Source of the DNA: Candidatus Uzinura diaspidicola str. ASNER
GTDB taxonomy: Bacteria; Bacteroidota; Bacteroidia; Flavobacteriales; Blattabacteriaceae
Length of the DNA: 32,000 nt
NCBI GenBank assembly: GCA_000331975.1
Contig: CP003263.1
Location: forward strand, 150,001 to 182,000
Direction: 5' to 3'
Shown here: positions 19,140 to 28,258 of the stretch, one piece after another
Layout: every line of letters begins with the position of its first letter
Numbering within the stretch: position 1 is the first letter of the stretch
Program-made: the position numbers and the translations under genes
The notes under the pieces: generated by a model
Database searches by the model: none
The model's input: the letters and a program-made list of their open reading frames with translations, nothing else
What the model was told of the DNA's origin: nothing

Positions 19140-20381
19140 ATGAATAGTTTTTTCCATCATATAAGTGTATCAGCAAAAGAAATAAGTCAAGATACTTGTG
19201 TAATAGGAAAGTATGTTATCTCTTCTCTTTTAAATAGAAATATTTATCAATACGTAGATATTCTTACAGAAGGCAGCGGAATTCTATTAGCACAAAAGGT
19301 TTTTAAGAAATTTTACCAATATCCAACAAGAATATTTACTTGCTTTAAAAGGTTTGGTACGGCTAGATTTAAGAACAATGGCAAACAAATTGAATTTATA
19401 GGTGATAGCGATACTATTGTTGAATATGTCTATTCTATAGCTATAAGTTTGAATGTAAATAATTATGGATTACTAATAGATCATTTAAATATATCTTCTG
19501 AAGATACATTTAGTATGATACGTTCTATCCGTTTTGCTAGTGAAGTATACTTCACTAGCAAAATATCTTTTTATTCCATCTTTGAGCAAAGAAAAAGTAT
19601 AATAATTCCTCCTATAGAAGGAATTATTAATGATCTTAACAAGATTATACTTTCTCCAAACCCATCTTTTGGTTTATCTATATTGTATGAGACTGGCTTT
19701 CTATCTATACTTTTGCCAGAAGTAACACTTCTTAAAGAATTTGAAGAAAAAGAAGGATCTAATCATAAAGATAATTTTTCTCATACCTTGGAGGTCGTAG
19801 ATAATGTGAGTGAGGAATCTAATTCCTTGTGGTTACGTTGGGTTGCTTTATTGCACGATATAGGAAAGTCTATTACTAAAAAATATATTCATGGTACTGG
19901 TTGGACCTTTTATGCCCATGAAGGGCTTGGCGCTAGGATTATACCTTATTTATTTCATAGATTAAAATTTCCTCTGTATAATACTCTAACATATGTTCAG
20001 AAAATTGTTAAATTTTCTTCACGCCCTATTGCCTTGGTAAGTTATGAGGCAACTGATTCAGCTATTAGGCGTTTACTATTTTATGTTGGAGCAGATATTG
20101 AAGATCTTCTTATTTTTTGTAAAGCAGATATAACAACAAAAAATATTGAAAGGAAACTCCGTTATATGAATCATTTTTTATTGGTTGAAAGAAAGCTTCT
20201 TAAGCTTGATGAAAAAGATAGTTACCGAAATTGGCCCACACCAATTTCGGGTAATGAAATTATGCAAATTTTCCAATTACAACCTTCCCATCAAATTGGG
20301 ATAATAAAAAAAGCGATTAAAGAAGCTATTTTAGATGGCAAATTGGCTAATGATTTTACTTATGTATACTATTCAAATTAG
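19140..20381 (+). CDS. tRNA nucleotidyltransferase (CCA-adding)/poly(A) polymerase-family protein with an HD domain. The N-terminal catalytic head motifs are degenerate.
   Basis: The C-terminal two-thirds is well conserved: ..HKDNFSHTLEVVDNV...LWLRWVALLHDIGK...GWTFYAHE...RPIAL...TDSAIRRLLF..ADITTKN.. The N-terminus reads VIGKYVISSLLNRNIYQYVDIL where class II enzymes carry GG.VRD..L(n)D.D. The RRDFTINA-type block appears to be deleted. Confidence 0.75.
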   Translation: MNSFFHHISVSAKEISQDTCVIGKYVISSLLNRNIYQYVDILTEGSGILLAQKVFKKFYQYPTRIFTCFKRFGTARFKNNGKQIEFIGDSDTIVEYVYSIAISLNVNNYGLLIDHLNISSEDTFSMIRSIRFASEVYFTSKISFYSIFEQRKSIIIPPIEGIINDLNKIILSPNPSFGLSILYETGFLSILLPEVTLLKEFEEKEGSNHKDNFSHTLEVVDNVSEESNSLWLRWVALLHDIGKSITKKYIHGTGWTFYAHEGLGARIIPYLFHRLKFPLYNTLTYVQKIVKFSSRPIALVSYEATDSAIRRLLFYVGADIEDLLIFCKADITTKNIERKLRYMNHFLLVERKLLKLDEKDSYRNWPTPISGNEIMQIFQLQPSHQIGIIKKAIKEAILDGKLANDFTYVYYSN

Positions 20382-20396
20382 GAATTAGGGGTTGCA

Positions 20397-21290
20397 TTAA
20401 AGAATATGTCTATCTGCGTGATAAGAAGATCTAACAAAGGGGGCACTTTCTACATGCTGGAACCCCATTTTCATTCCAATAGATTTATATTTTTGGAATT
20501 GCGATGGTTTAATAAAAGTTATAACTGGAGTATGTTTTGGTGATGGTTGTAAATATTGCCCCAAAGTAATGATATCTACGTTGATCTTTTTAAGATCTTC
20601 CATTGTTTCAATAACTTCTTCTTCATTTTCTCCTATACCTAACATAATGCTGCTTTTTGTGCGTTTTTGTCCATTTTTTTTCAGATAATGCAATACTTCT
20701 AAACTACGCTCATATTTAGCTTGTACTCTAATTTCATTAGTAAGCCTTCGGACTGTTTCTATATTGTGGGAAATTATGTTAGGATGAGTTTGCAAAATTA
20801 GATCAAGTAAGGAGGGGGTTCCCTGAAAATCAGGTATTAGGGCTTCCATTGTTGTGCTAGGACAAATTCTTCTTATTGATTGAATTGTCTCTACCCATAA
20901 AAAAGATCCCAAATCTTTTAAATCATCACGATCTACTGAAGTTAGGATCGCATGTTTTATTTTCATAAGTTTAATTGATCTAGCCACTTTTTCAGATTCT
21001 TCCCAATTTAGCTCCTTTGGTTTTCCAGTTTTTACTCCACAAAATTTACAAGAACGCGTGCATATATTTCCTAAAATTAAAAAAGTAGCTACTCCATTCC
21101 CCCAACATTCTCCTAAATTAGGACAGCTTCCGCTTTTACATATTGTATTTAATTTATGTTGATCAACAAGAAATTTAAGCTTTAGATAGTTTTTACCTTT
21201 AGGGAATTTAACTCTAATCCAATGCGGTTTTTTGGTTAAAGGTTCTTCAAAAGTCTTTTTACTAGAAGTTGATAGTAGGTATGTTTTCAT
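20397..21290 (-). CDS. lipA: lipoyl synthase
   Basis: ..CKSGSCPNLGECWGNG.ATFLILGNICTRSCKFCGV.. provides both the radical-SAM and the auxiliary cluster cysteine motifs. Confidence 0.95.
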   Translation of the reverse strand: MKTYLLSTSSKKTFEEPLTKKPHWIRVKFPKGKNYLKLKFLVDQHKLNTICKSGSCPNLGECWGNGVATFLILGNICTRSCKFCGVKTGKPKELNWEESEKVARSIKLMKIKHAILTSVDRDDLKDLGSFLWVETIQSIRRICPSTTMEALIPDFQGTPSLLDLILQTHPNIISHNIETVRRLTNEIRVQAKYERSLEVLHYLKKNGQKRTKSSIMLGIGENEEEVIETMEDLKKINVDIITLGQYLQPSPKHTPVITFIKPSQFQKYKSIGMKMGFQHVESAPFVRSSYHADRHIL

Positions 21291-21481
21291 ATATATTACC
21301 CATATTTGGAAAAGATAATTAATATTAGTAATATAATCATATATTCCCTTAGAATATTGTAGACGCCTTGTTACTTTGGCTGTATATAAATCCTCTATAC
21401 TGCCTATAGCCTAATTATGAATATATGAATATGAACAGTTTACTAAAATTTATCTAAATTTAGCATAAAATACTGTTAAAT

Positions 21482-22249
21482 ATGTTCCATCAACAAGATA
21501 TTAGCGTAGAAGAAAAACTTAGAACATTGTATGATTTACAACTTATAGATTCTCTTGTAGACGAGATAAGATCTATTATAGATAGTATACCACTACAAGT
21601 AAAGGCCATTGAAAATGAAGTAGAAAATATACAAAAAAAATATAAAGAAATTAGAGAAGAAATAAAGGAATATGATAAAGCTATACAACAGGAGAAAGAT
21701 CTGATTAAAGAGTATGAAATATTTATAAAGAAATATGCTTCTAAGCAATATAAGGTTCGTAACAATATTGAATCACTAGATAAAGAAATTGAATTTAAAG
21801 AACTAGAAATAGAACTTTGCCATAAAAAATGGAAAAAAATTAAATCTAAGAAAGATAAAAAAAAGAATTTTTACGCAAATTTTGCCGCTCTTTATGAGAA
21901 GAAGAAAGAATATTTATCAAATAAGAAAAAAGAATTTGAGAAAATATTAGAAAAACAGGAGAAAAAGAAGAATTTTTTGCTAAAAAAAGCTTACATCTTC
22001 TCTAAGAGAATTGAACCACGTTTATTACAAATATATAGTCGCATAAGATCGAGAACAAAATTAGCTGTTGTTCCAATAAAAAAAGGAGCTCCTATCGGCT
22101 CTTTTTTTACCATCCCTATTCAAGTATGCCTAGATATTGCTCAACGTAATATGATAGTAATGGATGAGCATAGCGGAAGAATTTTAATAGATCCAGTATT
22201 AGCGGAAGAAGAATCTATTAAAATTTATACTAATTATAAAACAAAATGA
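21482..22249 (+). CDS. COG1579-type coiled-coil protein (annotated in other bacteria as 'zinc ribbon domain' protein); no Cys at the ribbon positions
   Basis: N-terminus ..EEKLRTLYDLQLIDSLVDEIR.., followed by a long K/E-rich coiled coil. C-terminus ..KKGAPIGSFFTIPIQ...MDEHSGRILID.. This matches my recollection of the family architecture. Confidence 0.7.
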   Translation: MFHQQDISVEEKLRTLYDLQLIDSLVDEIRSIIDSIPLQVKAIENEVENIQKKYKEIREEIKEYDKAIQQEKDLIKEYEIFIKKYASKQYKVRNNIESLDKEIEFKELEIELCHKKWKKIKSKKDKKKNFYANFAALYEKKKEYLSNKKKEFEKILEKQEKKKNFLLKKAYIFSKRIEPRLLQIYSRIRSRTKLAVVPIKKGAPIGSFFTIPIQVCLDIAQRNMIVMDEHSGRILIDPVLAEEESIKIYTNYKTK

Positions 22250-22250
22250 A

Positions 22251-23681
22251 TTAAAATGGTAGATCATCTTCTTCAAGATCTAAGTTTCCTGTATTTTCTT
22301 CCAAATCAATAAATTGAGCTCTTTCATTTATGAATCGCAAACGTATATTATCAATAATACCATTTCTGTTTTTAGCAAAAATTATTTCTGCTTCTCCTCT
22401 ACAAGAACTTCTTTCCTCTGTATCCCAGATGCTAAATCCATAATATTCAGGACGATAGATAAAAGATACAATATCAGCATCCTGCTCAATAGCCCCTGAC
22501 TCTCTAAGATCAGAAAGTAAAGGCCTTTTAGCTCCACCTCTACTTTCTACTGCACGAGATAATTGAGATAGTCCAATTACTGGAACATCTAGTTCTTTAG
22601 CTAGAGATTTTAAGCTTCTAGAAATAATGGATATCTCCTGTTCACGATTGAAGCTTTTATTTCCACTACCTACAGTCATAAGTTGTAGATAATCTATAAA
22701 TATCAATCCTACTCTTCTCTTAGAAACTAGCCTTCGACATTTAGCACGAAGATCAAAGATTGATAGATCTGGCGTATCATCAATAAAAAATTGGGCCTCC
22801 TCTAAAGATTTAACTTTCTTATATAGAAGTTCCCATTCATAATTAGAAAGTTGTCCTCTACGTAGTTTTTGCGAAGAAATACCTGTTTCAGAAGAAATTA
22901 AACGAGTGATAAGCTGTATAGATGACATTTCCAAAGAGAAAATAACTACAGGAACAGTATTATCAACTATAATATTACGAGCCATTGTAAGCATAAAGGC
23001 TGTTTTTCCCATTCCTGGCCTCCCTGCAATAACGATAAAATCTGATTTTTGCCATCCAGAAGTAATAGCATCGATCTGTTTAAACCCAGAACTAATACCA
23101 CTTAGTCCTTTGGACAACTCAACATTTTTAATACGTTCAATTGCTTGATATATCAATGATTTAGAACTTTCATAAGTTTTTTTTATATGATTTTGAGTTA
23201 ACTCAAAAATATTTGATTCAGCTAGAGATAAAAGTTCAAAAACATCTATAGATTCGTTATATGATTTTTCTATAATACTAGAAGAAATATCTATTAAACT
23301 ACGTAAAATAAATTTCTGTTGAAGAATACGCACATATATTTCAATATGTGCTGAAGAGACTACTTTCTTACTAAGAAAGACGAGATAAGAATCTCCACCA
23401 ATTTTTTCTATTTTACCATCTTTTCTAAGTTGAGCTGATATGGTATACAAATCTATAGGTTGTGCATCGTGAAAGAGTTTTTTTATCACTCTAAAAATTT
23501 CTTTATGCTCAGGTCTATAAAATATTTCAGTAATAAGAATATCTATAACCTCATCAATACCCTTCTTATCAATCATCATAGCTCCAAGAACAGCTTCTTC
23601 TATATCAAGAGCTTGTGTTATTACTTTTCCATTCTTTGCATACACAGGACTCTGGATGCGATTAGGTTGCGTATCATTCAT
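22251..23681 (-). CDS. dnaB: replicative DNA helicase DnaB
   Basis: 476 aa: ..DIEEAVLGAMMID.., Walker A GRPGMGKTAF, then ..IDYLQLM...LAKELDVPVIGLSQLSRAVE.R....P.LSDLRESGAIEQDADIV.. Confidence 0.96.
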   Translation of the reverse strand: MNDTQPNRIQSPVYAKNGKVITQALDIEEAVLGAMMIDKKGIDEVIDILITEIFYRPEHKEIFRVIKKLFHDAQPIDLYTISAQLRKDGKIEKIGGDSYLVFLSKKVVSSAHIEIYVRILQQKFILRSLIDISSSIIEKSYNESIDVFELLSLAESNIFELTQNHIKKTYESSKSLIYQAIERIKNVELSKGLSGISSGFKQIDAITSGWQKSDFIVIAGRPGMGKTAFMLTMARNIIVDNTVPVVIFSLEMSSIQLITRLISSETGISSQKLRRGQLSNYEWELLYKKVKSLEEAQFFIDDTPDLSIFDLRAKCRRLVSKRRVGLIFIDYLQLMTVGSGNKSFNREQEISIISRSLKSLAKELDVPVIGLSQLSRAVESRGGAKRPLLSDLRESGAIEQDADIVSFIYRPEYYGFSIWDTEERSSCRGEAEIIFAKNRNGIIDNIRLRFINERAQFIDLEENTGNLDLEEDDLPF

Positions 23682-23779
23682 AATATATAGATAAAAAATT
23701 TAAAGGCTATCAAATAACATTTGTATCTTAAATTTAGTCTATTTTTTTTTATAAAACCTTATAGCATTGCATATCAATT

Positions 23780-24130
23780 ATGCAAACACTTATAAAATAC
23801 GTAGAAAAAAAATTTATCTATAAGAAAATATGGCCAACTTTCTCATCTGGAGATACCATCAAAATATTCTCTGAAATAAGAGAAGGAACAAAAACTAGAG
23901 TACAATATTTTAAAGGAGTTGTGATTCAATGTAGAGGAAAAGGAACTTCGGAAACTTTTACAGTAAGAAAAATAAGTGATGGAGTTGGGATTGAACGTAT
24001 CTTTTTTGTAAGCCAGCCGAATATTAAGCAAATAGAGATTTATAAACAAGGAAAAGTGAGACAAGCTCGCATTTATTATTTTTCTAGTCTTAAAGGGAAG
24101 AAGGCTCGTATTAAAGATAATATAAGATAA
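23780..24130 (+). CDS. rplS: 50S ribosomal protein L19
   Basis: ..FSSGDTIKIFSEIREGTKTRVQYFKGVVIQCRGKGTSETFTVRKISDGVGIERIF... Confidence 0.95.
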   Translation: MQTLIKYVEKKFIYKKIWPTFSSGDTIKIFSEIREGTKTRVQYFKGVVIQCRGKGTSETFTVRKISDGVGIERIFFVSQPNIKQIEIYKQGKVRQARIYYFSSLKGKKARIKDNIR

Positions 24131-24157
24131 TAATTTCCCTTTATCCTCTTCAGATAG

Positions 24158-24847
24158 ATGAAGAAATTAGTTTTAACGCAAAAACTTGGCATTATAGATT
24201 ATTTAGTGGCTTGGAGATATCAAAAAAAACTATTAGAATCACTTTTGTATAAACAAAAAAATACTAATAATAAATACGTTGGGTACATTTTATTTGCAGA
24301 ACATATTCATGTCTATACTTTAGGTAAAGGTGGAAATATTGATCATATTAAATTGTCTTCTGAAGAATTAGACTATCTTGGTATATATTTTTATAATTCT
24401 GATCGAGGAGGAGATATAACTTATCACGGATTTGGTCAATTAATTGTCTACCCTATTCTAGATCTAGAATATTTTTTCACTGATATTCACAAATATTTAC
24501 GCATGCTTGAAGAGGTTGTTATAAATCTCTTAGAGATTTATAGATTACCAGGTAGAAGATCGATAGGTGAAACAGGTGTCTGGCTAGATGTTGGGAGATT
24601 TTATCAAAGAAAAATATGTTCTTTAGGGGTTCGTGCTAGTCGTTGGATAATGATGCATGGCTTAGCTCTTAATGTTAATACTGATTTACGATCCTTTAAG
24701 AATATTATTCCTTGTGGGATTTTAGGAAAGGGTGTAAGTTCAATGCAACAAGAGTTAGGTTATAAAATATCTATGAACGATATTATAAAAATATTCACAT
24801 TTATTTTTTCAGATAAATTTCAAGTACATGTTCATTCTTTTACATAA
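24158..24847 (+). CDS. lipB: lipoyl(octanoyl) transferase
   Basis: ..HVYTLGKGG...SDRGGDITYHGFGQLIVYPIL...KICSLGVRASRWIMMHGLALNVNTDL..F..I.PCG is the LipB pattern. Confidence 0.92.
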   Translation: MKKLVLTQKLGIIDYLVAWRYQKKLLESLLYKQKNTNNKYVGYILFAEHIHVYTLGKGGNIDHIKLSSEELDYLGIYFYNSDRGGDITYHGFGQLIVYPILDLEYFFTDIHKYLRMLEEVVINLLEIYRLPGRRSIGETGVWLDVGRFYQRKICSLGVRASRWIMMHGLALNVNTDLRSFKNIIPCGILGKGVSSMQQELGYKISMNDIIKIFTFIFSDKFQVHVHSFT

Positions 24848-25013
24848 TATTATGTACAACAAATAGGCATCGTATTTACCTACAAACTCCTAAAACCCGC
24901 GTAATTTAACTTACCCAATTTTATACTAATAGTTCTCATGTGGTTGAATTTAATAAAGGAGCAATATCTATAAGACATCACATTGACCTATAATATCTAC
25001 CAGCTTATAAAAG

Positions 25014-25088
25014 TAGACATTACCGGGCTCGAACCAGTGACCTCTATCCTGTCAAGATAGTGCTCTAAACCAACTTAGCTAAATGTCT
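25014..25088 (-). tRNA. tRNA-Val (anticodon GAC), no encoded 3' CCA
   Basis: The reverse complement folds by hand into a cloverleaf. Acceptor AGACATT/AATGTCT is perfect. The anticodon stem is CTATC/GATAG with loop TTGACAG. The T arm is ACTGG-TTCGAGC-CCGGT. Confidence 0.88.
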
Positions 25089-25097
25089 TTTATCTAG

Positions 25098-25171
25098 TGA
25101 TCACGGCTGGAGTCGAACCAGCACCCTTCTGATTAGAAGTCAAATGCTCTATCCAACTAAGCTACGCGACC
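25098..25171 (-). tRNA. tRNA-Arg (anticodon UCU), no encoded 3' CCA
   Basis: Reverse complement: GGTCGCG TA GCTTAGTTGGATAGAGC A TTTGA CTTCTAA TCAGA AGGGT GCTGG TTCGACT CCAGC CGTGATC A. The anticodon loop is CTTCTAA. Confidence 0.9.
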
Positions 25172-25181
25172 TTTTTTTTTG

Positions 25182-25256
25182 TCGGGGTGGCAGGATTTGA
25201 ACCTACGATTTCCTGGCCCCAAACCAGGCGCGTTTACCAAACTACGCTACACCCCG
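25182..25256 (-). tRNA. tRNA-Pro (anticodon UGG), no encoded 3' CCA
   Basis: Reverse complement: CGGGGTG TA GCGTAGTTTGGTAAACGC G CCTGG TTTGGGG CCAGG AAATC GTAGG TTCAAAT CCTGC CACCCCG A. The anticodon loop is TTTGGGG. Confidence 0.9.
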
Positions 25257-25568
25257 TATCTAACCTTCTTCTATTTTTCTGTTATTATTAGTATAATTTA
25301 AAATACATTTTGTCTATAAAAAAAAGAATATTATAGAGGCAGGGAATGTAGTATGAGATTGTTTTGGTAGATAGAAAATTTGTCATCGGTATTTATATTT
25401 CAGGCATGATTGGACTCAATGGTTGATGGGCAGACAGGAGAATATGATTTAAAAGAAAGTTATCTAGTTGATTAAAAATGGTGTAGAATAGAGCTATATT
25501 TAAATGAAGAGGAAAAATACTTATTAAAATGAACATGATAGATAATTATTTTTCTATACCTTTTCGTT

Positions 25569-26927
25569 ATGTTGGATAAAGATACTATTGTAGCTTTAGC
25601 TACTTCTGATGGGCACGGAGCTATTGCTGTGATAAGGATTTCAGGGTCTGAAGCTTTTTCAACTCTATCTAATATTTTTAGGCCACTTAAAAAAGTAAAT
25701 ACTAAAGAGAGAATAACTTTAGGTTTTATTTTAGATAAAGAAGAGAGAGTAGATCAAGTCATTGTAACGTCTTTTAAGGCTCCAAAATCGTATACAGGAG
25801 AAAATCTAATAGAGGTATCTTGCCATGGTTCTCCATATATCTATAGAAGAATTTTGCATCTTCTTATAAAGACAGGAATACGAATGGCAAATCCTGGAGA
25901 ATTTACCATGCGTGCTTTCTTAAATAGAAAAATGGATCTTGCTCAAGCAGAAGCTGTGTCAGATTTAATTGCTTCTGAATCACAGGTCGATTACAAATTG
26001 GCTCTTACTCAATTTGAGGGAGAAACTTACAAAAATATTAAAGTTTTACGTAGAAAGTTTATTGATTTTGCTTCTATAATAGAAATTAGCATAGATTTTT
26101 CTGAGGAAAATGTGGAAAGACCCAATTATTCAAAGTTATCAACTTTTCTTTTACAAGCAAAAGAACATATTCAACATTTACTAAATTCATTTCATTTAGG
26201 AAATGCCATTAAAGAAGGTATACAAGTTGTAATTATAGGAGGACCAAATGTAGGAAAATCAACCTTGTTAAATTCATTAGTCAAATATGATAGAGCAATT
26301 GTTTCAGATATTCCTGGGACAACACGTGATTTCATTGAAGAAACCATCTTCTTTAATGGTATTAGATTAAGATTGATAGACACAGCAGGAATTCGTCATA
26401 CAAAGGAAAATATAGAAACTATTGGTATTCAACTGACTTATGATAAAGTCAGTAATGCACAGGTGATTTTATATCTTTTTGATGCCATGCATTATAATAC
26501 AACAAAAATATTAAAAGAATTCTCTAATATAGATAGAAAATTTTCAATAAATATTATTATTATTGCTAATAAATATGATGTTTCTAGTAAAAAACTTTTT
26601 TTAAATGAGTTAGCAGGTAAATATTACAATATTTCTGCTAAAAATAAAGAAGGGATTGATGAACTACTTGAAAATATTTATAATCTCTTAGATAAGAGAT
26701 ACTTCAAAAGTAATACGGTCATTTTAAATGTCAGACATTTAGAACTTCTTAAGAAAACTTTATCTACTGTGAATAATATTTATTATGGTATTGAGCAAGG
26801 ATCTACAGATGATTTGATCGCATCTGATATTCGTAAAGCATTATATTTTCTTGGAAAGATAAGTGGAGAAATCACTACTAATGATTTACTAGTAAATATT
26901 TTTTCAAAATTTTGTATAGGAAAATAA
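25569..26927 (+). CDS. mnmE: tRNA modification GTPase MnmE (TrmE)
   Basis: MLDKDTIVALATSDGHGAIAVIRISG.., G-domain GGPNVGKSTLLN...DIPGTTRD...DTAGIR, and the characteristic C-terminal CIGK. Confidence 0.95.
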   Translation: MLDKDTIVALATSDGHGAIAVIRISGSEAFSTLSNIFRPLKKVNTKERITLGFILDKEERVDQVIVTSFKAPKSYTGENLIEVSCHGSPYIYRRILHLLIKTGIRMANPGEFTMRAFLNRKMDLAQAEAVSDLIASESQVDYKLALTQFEGETYKNIKVLRRKFIDFASIIEISIDFSEENVERPNYSKLSTFLLQAKEHIQHLLNSFHLGNAIKEGIQVVIIGGPNVGKSTLLNSLVKYDRAIVSDIPGTTRDFIEETIFFNGIRLRLIDTAGIRHTKENIETIGIQLTYDKVSNAQVILYLFDAMHYNTTKILKEFSNIDRKFSINIIIIANKYDVSSKKLFLNELAGKYYNISAKNKEGIDELLENIYNLLDKRYFKSNTVILNVRHLELLKKTLSTVNNIYYGIEQGSTDDLIASDIRKALYFLGKISGEITTNDLLVNIFSKFCIGK

Positions 26928-26938
26928 ATACAATTTTA

Positions 26939-28255
26939 TTAGCGTATGTTGGTATCTAAAAGAAATTCCCTAAATTCTTCATATTTAGTAGATAATCTAT
27001 AGAAGTTTTTATCTTTATTAAAAGAAATATTGCAGTTATTGGGGGAACTAATATTTCTTCTTAGGGGTTCTTTTATCTTATCTGAAAATTTTATAGGATG
27101 TGCTGTTTCAAAAACAAATCCTATTGTATCTAAATTTTTTTCTTTTTCCTTTAGATATTTCATTATCCCCAATAATGAAATTGCCCCATGCGGATCAAGC
27201 ATATATTTTCTTTTTTCCCAAATATTTTGCATTGTTATAATAGTCTGTTTGTCGGTAAATCGATAAGCAATCATATTGTTTCTAAGCAATTCTTTATTAG
27301 AATGAAGTGCTAGTATTCGTATAAAATTACTAGGATCAGCAACATCCATTGCATTTGATAGGGTATATTTGGCTTTTTTTGGTTCATAGATAGGAGAATC
27401 TATAAAACGAGGAATTGTATCATTTTCATTAGTAGATGCAATGAATAGTGAAATAGGAAGTCCCATTCTTTCAGCCATCAAACCAGCGCATATATTTCCA
27501 AAATTTCCGCTTGGAACAGAAAAAATAACTTTTTTATGATCTTTCTTTTCTAAAAATCTGTAAGCAATACAATAATAAAAAATTTGAGGCAACCATCTCG
27601 CTATATTGATAGAATTTGCAGAAGTAAGTTTTCTATTTCTTTGGAGAAATGAATCTAAAAATGCTTTTTTAACCAATTTTTGACAATCATCAAAATCACC
27701 ATCTATTTCCAGAGATATTATATTATCTCCTAAAGTAGTCAACTGTTTCTCCTGTAGTTCGCTTACTCTTTTTGATGGATATAGAATTACTACTTTTATC
27801 CCGTCCACCTTAAAAAACCCATGAGCTACAGCTCCGCCTGTATCGCCAGATGTAGCTACTAATACTGTAATATAACTATCCTTTTTCCCCATAAAATAAC
27901 CTAAACAACCTGCCATAAATTTGGCCCCTATATCTTTGAATGCCATAGTAGGCCCTTGATATAGCTCTAATACAGAGATATTTTTATCTATACTTTTCAC
28001 AGGAAAAGTAAATTTTAGGGTTTCAGTAATTATGGAATAAACTATATTCTCTGAGATGCTATCTCCAATAAAAGGATGTATTAATTGAAATGCTATGTCA
28101 TATATATTATTTTTAGACAAATTATGTAGAAATTTTTTTGATAGTACAGGAATCCTTTCCGGAAAATATAATCCTTTATCTGGTGCTAAACCATGAGTAA
28201 TAGCTTCTTCAAAAGAAGCCTTGTGTTTATAATTTTTTAAGCTGTAAAACCGCAT
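26939..28255 (-). CDS. thrC: threonine synthase
   Basis: 438 aa: ..GLAPDKGLYFPE...GPTMAFKDIGAKFMA...ATSGDTGGA.. includes the PLP lysine motif. It is the last gene of the thrABC operon. Confidence 0.93.
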   Translation of the reverse strand: MRFYSLKNYKHKASFEEAITHGLAPDKGLYFPERIPVLSKKFLHNLSKNNIYDIAFQLIHPFIGDSISENIVYSIITETLKFTFPVKSIDKNISVLELYQGPTMAFKDIGAKFMAGCLGYFMGKKDSYITVLVATSGDTGGAVAHGFFKVDGIKVVILYPSKRVSELQEKQLTTLGDNIISLEIDGDFDDCQKLVKKAFLDSFLQRNRKLTSANSINIARWLPQIFYYCIAYRFLEKKDHKKVIFSVPSGNFGNICAGLMAERMGLPISLFIASTNENDTIPRFIDSPIYEPKKAKYTLSNAMDVADPSNFIRILALHSNKELLRNNMIAYRFTDKQTIITMQNIWEKRKYMLDPHGAISLLGIMKYLKEKEKNLDTIGFVFETAHPIKFSDKIKEPLRRNISSPNNCNISFNKDKNFYRLSTKYEEFREFLLDTNIR

Positions 28256-28258
28256 AAT

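Noticed and set aside
24848-25013. A possible fourth, degraded tRNA next to the Val/Arg/Pro cluster.
   Set aside because: There is no T-loop (GTTCRANYC) or matching acceptor-stem complementarity on either strand.
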